From assembly GCA_021810145.1 (NCBI GenBank), contig JAJZJL010000001.1, positions 23,045 to 87,044 on the forward strand: DNA of 64,000 nucleotides. Direction: 5' to 3'. Below, one piece after another: positions 62,267-64,000 of the stretch (the stretch's first letter is position 1; every line of letters starts with the position of its first letter). The position numbers were made by a program, and so were the translations under genes. The notes beneath the pieces are model-generated. The model was not told the DNA's origin. It made no database searches and saw only the letters and a program-made list of their open reading frames with translations. This stretch comes from Planctomycetota bacterium (GTDB lineage: Bacteria; Planctomycetota; Phycisphaerae; WQYP01).

Positions 62267-63018
62267 AAGGTCTGGACATCTTCCGCGTACATTTTCAGAA
62301 TTTCGCCGACCGCTACGTGCTGATCGGCGGCACCGCGTGCGACATTGCGATGGCCAGCGTCGGGCTTCCCTTCCGGGCCACCAAAGACCTCGACATCGTG
62401 CTGTGCGCAGAAGCGCTGGACGCTGCGTTTGTCCAGGCGTTTTGGGCATTCGTGCGGGCAGGGAATTACCAGGCCCAGGAGAAATCGACCGGCCAGAAGC
62501 TGTTCTATCGCTTCCACAAACCCACCAGCGAAAATTACCCATTCATGCTGGAGTTGTTTTCGCGACAGCCGGACATGTTGCAAATAGCCGAAGGCAGCCA
62601 TCTGACCCCACTTCCGATGGAACAGGACGTGTCGAGTCTGTCGGCGATCTTGATGGATATCGACTACTACAGTTTCGTCAAAGCTGGGCGGCAGGAAGTC
62701 AACGGACTTTCGGCGGTGGGCGCAATGCACCTTGTGCCCTTGAAGGCGCGGGCCTGGCTGGACCTGACCCGGCGTCAGAGCAACGGCGAACGGATCGACA
62801 GCAAGGCGATCAAGAAGCACAAGAACGATATCTTCCGATTGTTCCAGATTCTCGATCCCGCAATTGCCCCTGCCGCCCCCGATGCCGTCAAGAAAGACCT
62901 TCGCGACTTCATTACGCGTATGCGCGGCGAGGAAGTTGACCTCAAAGCTCTGGGGTTTCGTGGTGGTACGCGCGACAGCGTGCTGGCGGAACTCGCCGCG
63001 ATGTTCCGTCTTGGCTGA
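62260..63018 (+). CDS. Nucleotidyltransferase, AbiEii-like toxin
   Basis: YVLIGGTAC...FRATKDLDIV (GG, RxTxDxD), LKARA, KH..DI. Confidence 0.75.
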   Translation: MVKGLDIFRVHFQNFADRYVLIGGTACDIAMASVGLPFRATKDLDIVLCAEALDAAFVQAFWAFVRAGNYQAQEKSTGQKLFYRFHKPTSENYPFMLELFSRQPDMLQIAEGSHLTPLPMEQDVSSLSAILMDIDYYSFVKAGRQEVNGLSAVGAMHLVPLKARAWLDLTRRQSNGERIDSKAIKKHKNDIFRLFQILDPAIAPAAPDAVKKDLRDFITRMRGEEVDLKALGFRGGTRDSVLAELAAMFRLG

Positions 63019-63194
63019 GACCCGGATGTTTGAATCGGTGTCAGGCGATGCGAGCCGCACACATTGGCCCGGACGAATTTCAGCGCGGTCACAACAGAGT
63101 CGCAATTCTTACTGATGCCGAGACCCACAAGCTTCCCCCGCGGCTGTCTCAAAACAACGCCCCATAGAGACTGGCTCCTGCACCCCTTAAATGA

Positions 63195-63405
63195 CGCCGG
63201 GGTGGAGGCCGCCACCCTGATCCCGTGACGTTGACGCACAATCCTCCGAAACCTCTGCATATCGGTTTGGCCGCAAAAAAACAATTTTTCTCACTCCGCA
63301 TTGTCAAGCCGGATTCCATGCAGCAGCTTTGTAAAATCCGGTGCGGCAAAGAAACGAATAGGCAATCGCCGGAAGATGCAAATACCGCCAATTGCGGGGA
63401 TTTGC
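63195..63405. repeat. Long direct repeat copy 2, adjacent to the tRNA-Leu 3' end
   Basis: Near-identical core 63195-63349 plus diverged extension to 63405. Confidence 0.9.
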
Positions 63406-63436
63406 TATCATATTCACGTAAATACATGTCTCAAGA

Positions 63437-63518
63437 TGCTCGGGACAGGAATCGAACCTGCACTCCTTTCGGAACCGGAACCTAAATCCGGCGCGTCTGC
63501 CAATTCCGCCACCCGAGC
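63437..63518 (-). tRNA. tRNA-Leu(TAG), CCA not encoded
   Basis: GCTCGGGTGGCGGAATTGGCAGACGCGCCGGATTTAGGTTCCGG...GCAGGTTCGATTCCTGTCCCGAGCA: cloverleaf with long variable arm, anticodon TAG. Confidence 0.96.
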
Positions 63519-63649
63519 GGGCAATGAGCCTATTTTAACACAGTTGATATTTCTTGACACACCTGCAATCACAAATGCCAATTGCGGAAAGCATGCGCCG
63601 GGCGCACGTTCAGCTCATCGACAGGTTGCGACGATTATCGCCGCTTGAT

Positions 63650-63697
63650 TTGACACCACATGCATCGGCATGGTATACCTAACACGTACCTAACTTA
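63650..63697 (+). promoter_or_regulatory. imuB promoter with candidate SOS operator
   Basis: TTGACA-18-TATACC with extended TG; TACCTAAC-ACG-TACCTAAC direct repeat overlapping the -10. Confidence 0.6.
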
Positions 63698-63708
63698 TGG
63701 AATGTTAT

Positions 63709-64000
63709 ATGAGTCTGTTTTTATGTATGTATCTGCCGGACTGGGATATTCAGGCGATGCGGCTGAAACAGCAACGGGCCAATACATTCAGATCCGGCAT
63801 GGCACATGGACCCTTGTTATTATTTTTGTCGCAGAAGCGACAGGAGGTGGTGGGACGATGTTGCGAAACATGCCGGCGACGCGGAATTTTTCCGGGCATG
63901 GCGGTTGCAGAAGCGCGGGCTTTGTTGCCGCGGGTCATGATGATGCCATTGGATTCTACGGCCAGCCGACGGCTGCTGGAGAAGCTGGCGCGATGGGCGT
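63709..64000 (+). CDS. imuB: ImuB-like Y-family DNA polymerase, 5' part (runs off window edge)
   Basis: Hand translation MSLFLCMYLPDWDIQAMR...RRGIFPGMAVAEARALLP...LEKLARWA matches the ImuB N-terminal pattern. Not in the ORF track. Confidence 0.8.
   Translation, partial: MSLFLCMYLPDWDIQAMRLKQQRANTFRSGMAHGPLLLFLSQKRQEVVGRCCETCRRRGIFPGMAVAEARALLPRVMMMPLDSTASRRLLEKLARWA

Noticed and set aside
60691..63518. Prophage or ICE integrated at tRNA-Leu
   Set aside because: No integrase, phage or conjugation genes, and no intact duplication of the tRNA 3' end in the window

Overview
Bacterial chromosomal window, most likely from a Planctomycetota (Phycisphaerae-like) genome. This is inferred from the short PheT, the mreB-mreC cluster with upstream planctomycete-type membrane proteins, and the scattered nuo genes. 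The backbone is housekeeping: clpC 5' end, rpsT, tlyA-like, pheT, nuoC, nuoDEFG, pdhAB, queD, murQ, eno, mreBC, accD, an NtrC-type two-component system, def, an aas-like fusion and tRNA-Leu(TAG). Accessory blocks are: (i) a compact defence-like island at 7.0-11.8 kb (unannotated 50-aa ORF plus ADP-ribosyltransferase-like gene, a structured intergenic element, a UDG-superfamily protein, an HNH nuclease and an XRE-M78/PIN pair); (ii) an RND metal-efflux operon; (iii) imuA followed by a toxin-like gene and a degenerate M78 gene; (iv) a secreted Lon-C protease plus a ricin-lectin protein; (v) a complete ectABCD-ehuBCDA operon with a strongly structured 5' leader; (vi) an AbiE-like toxin-antitoxin cassette between ~156-bp direct repeats next to tRNA-Leu. 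imuB starts at the right edge, ~45 kb from imuA, and the two promoters share a candidate direct-repeat SOS box. All family calls come from motif recognition by eye; no searches or folding programs were run.
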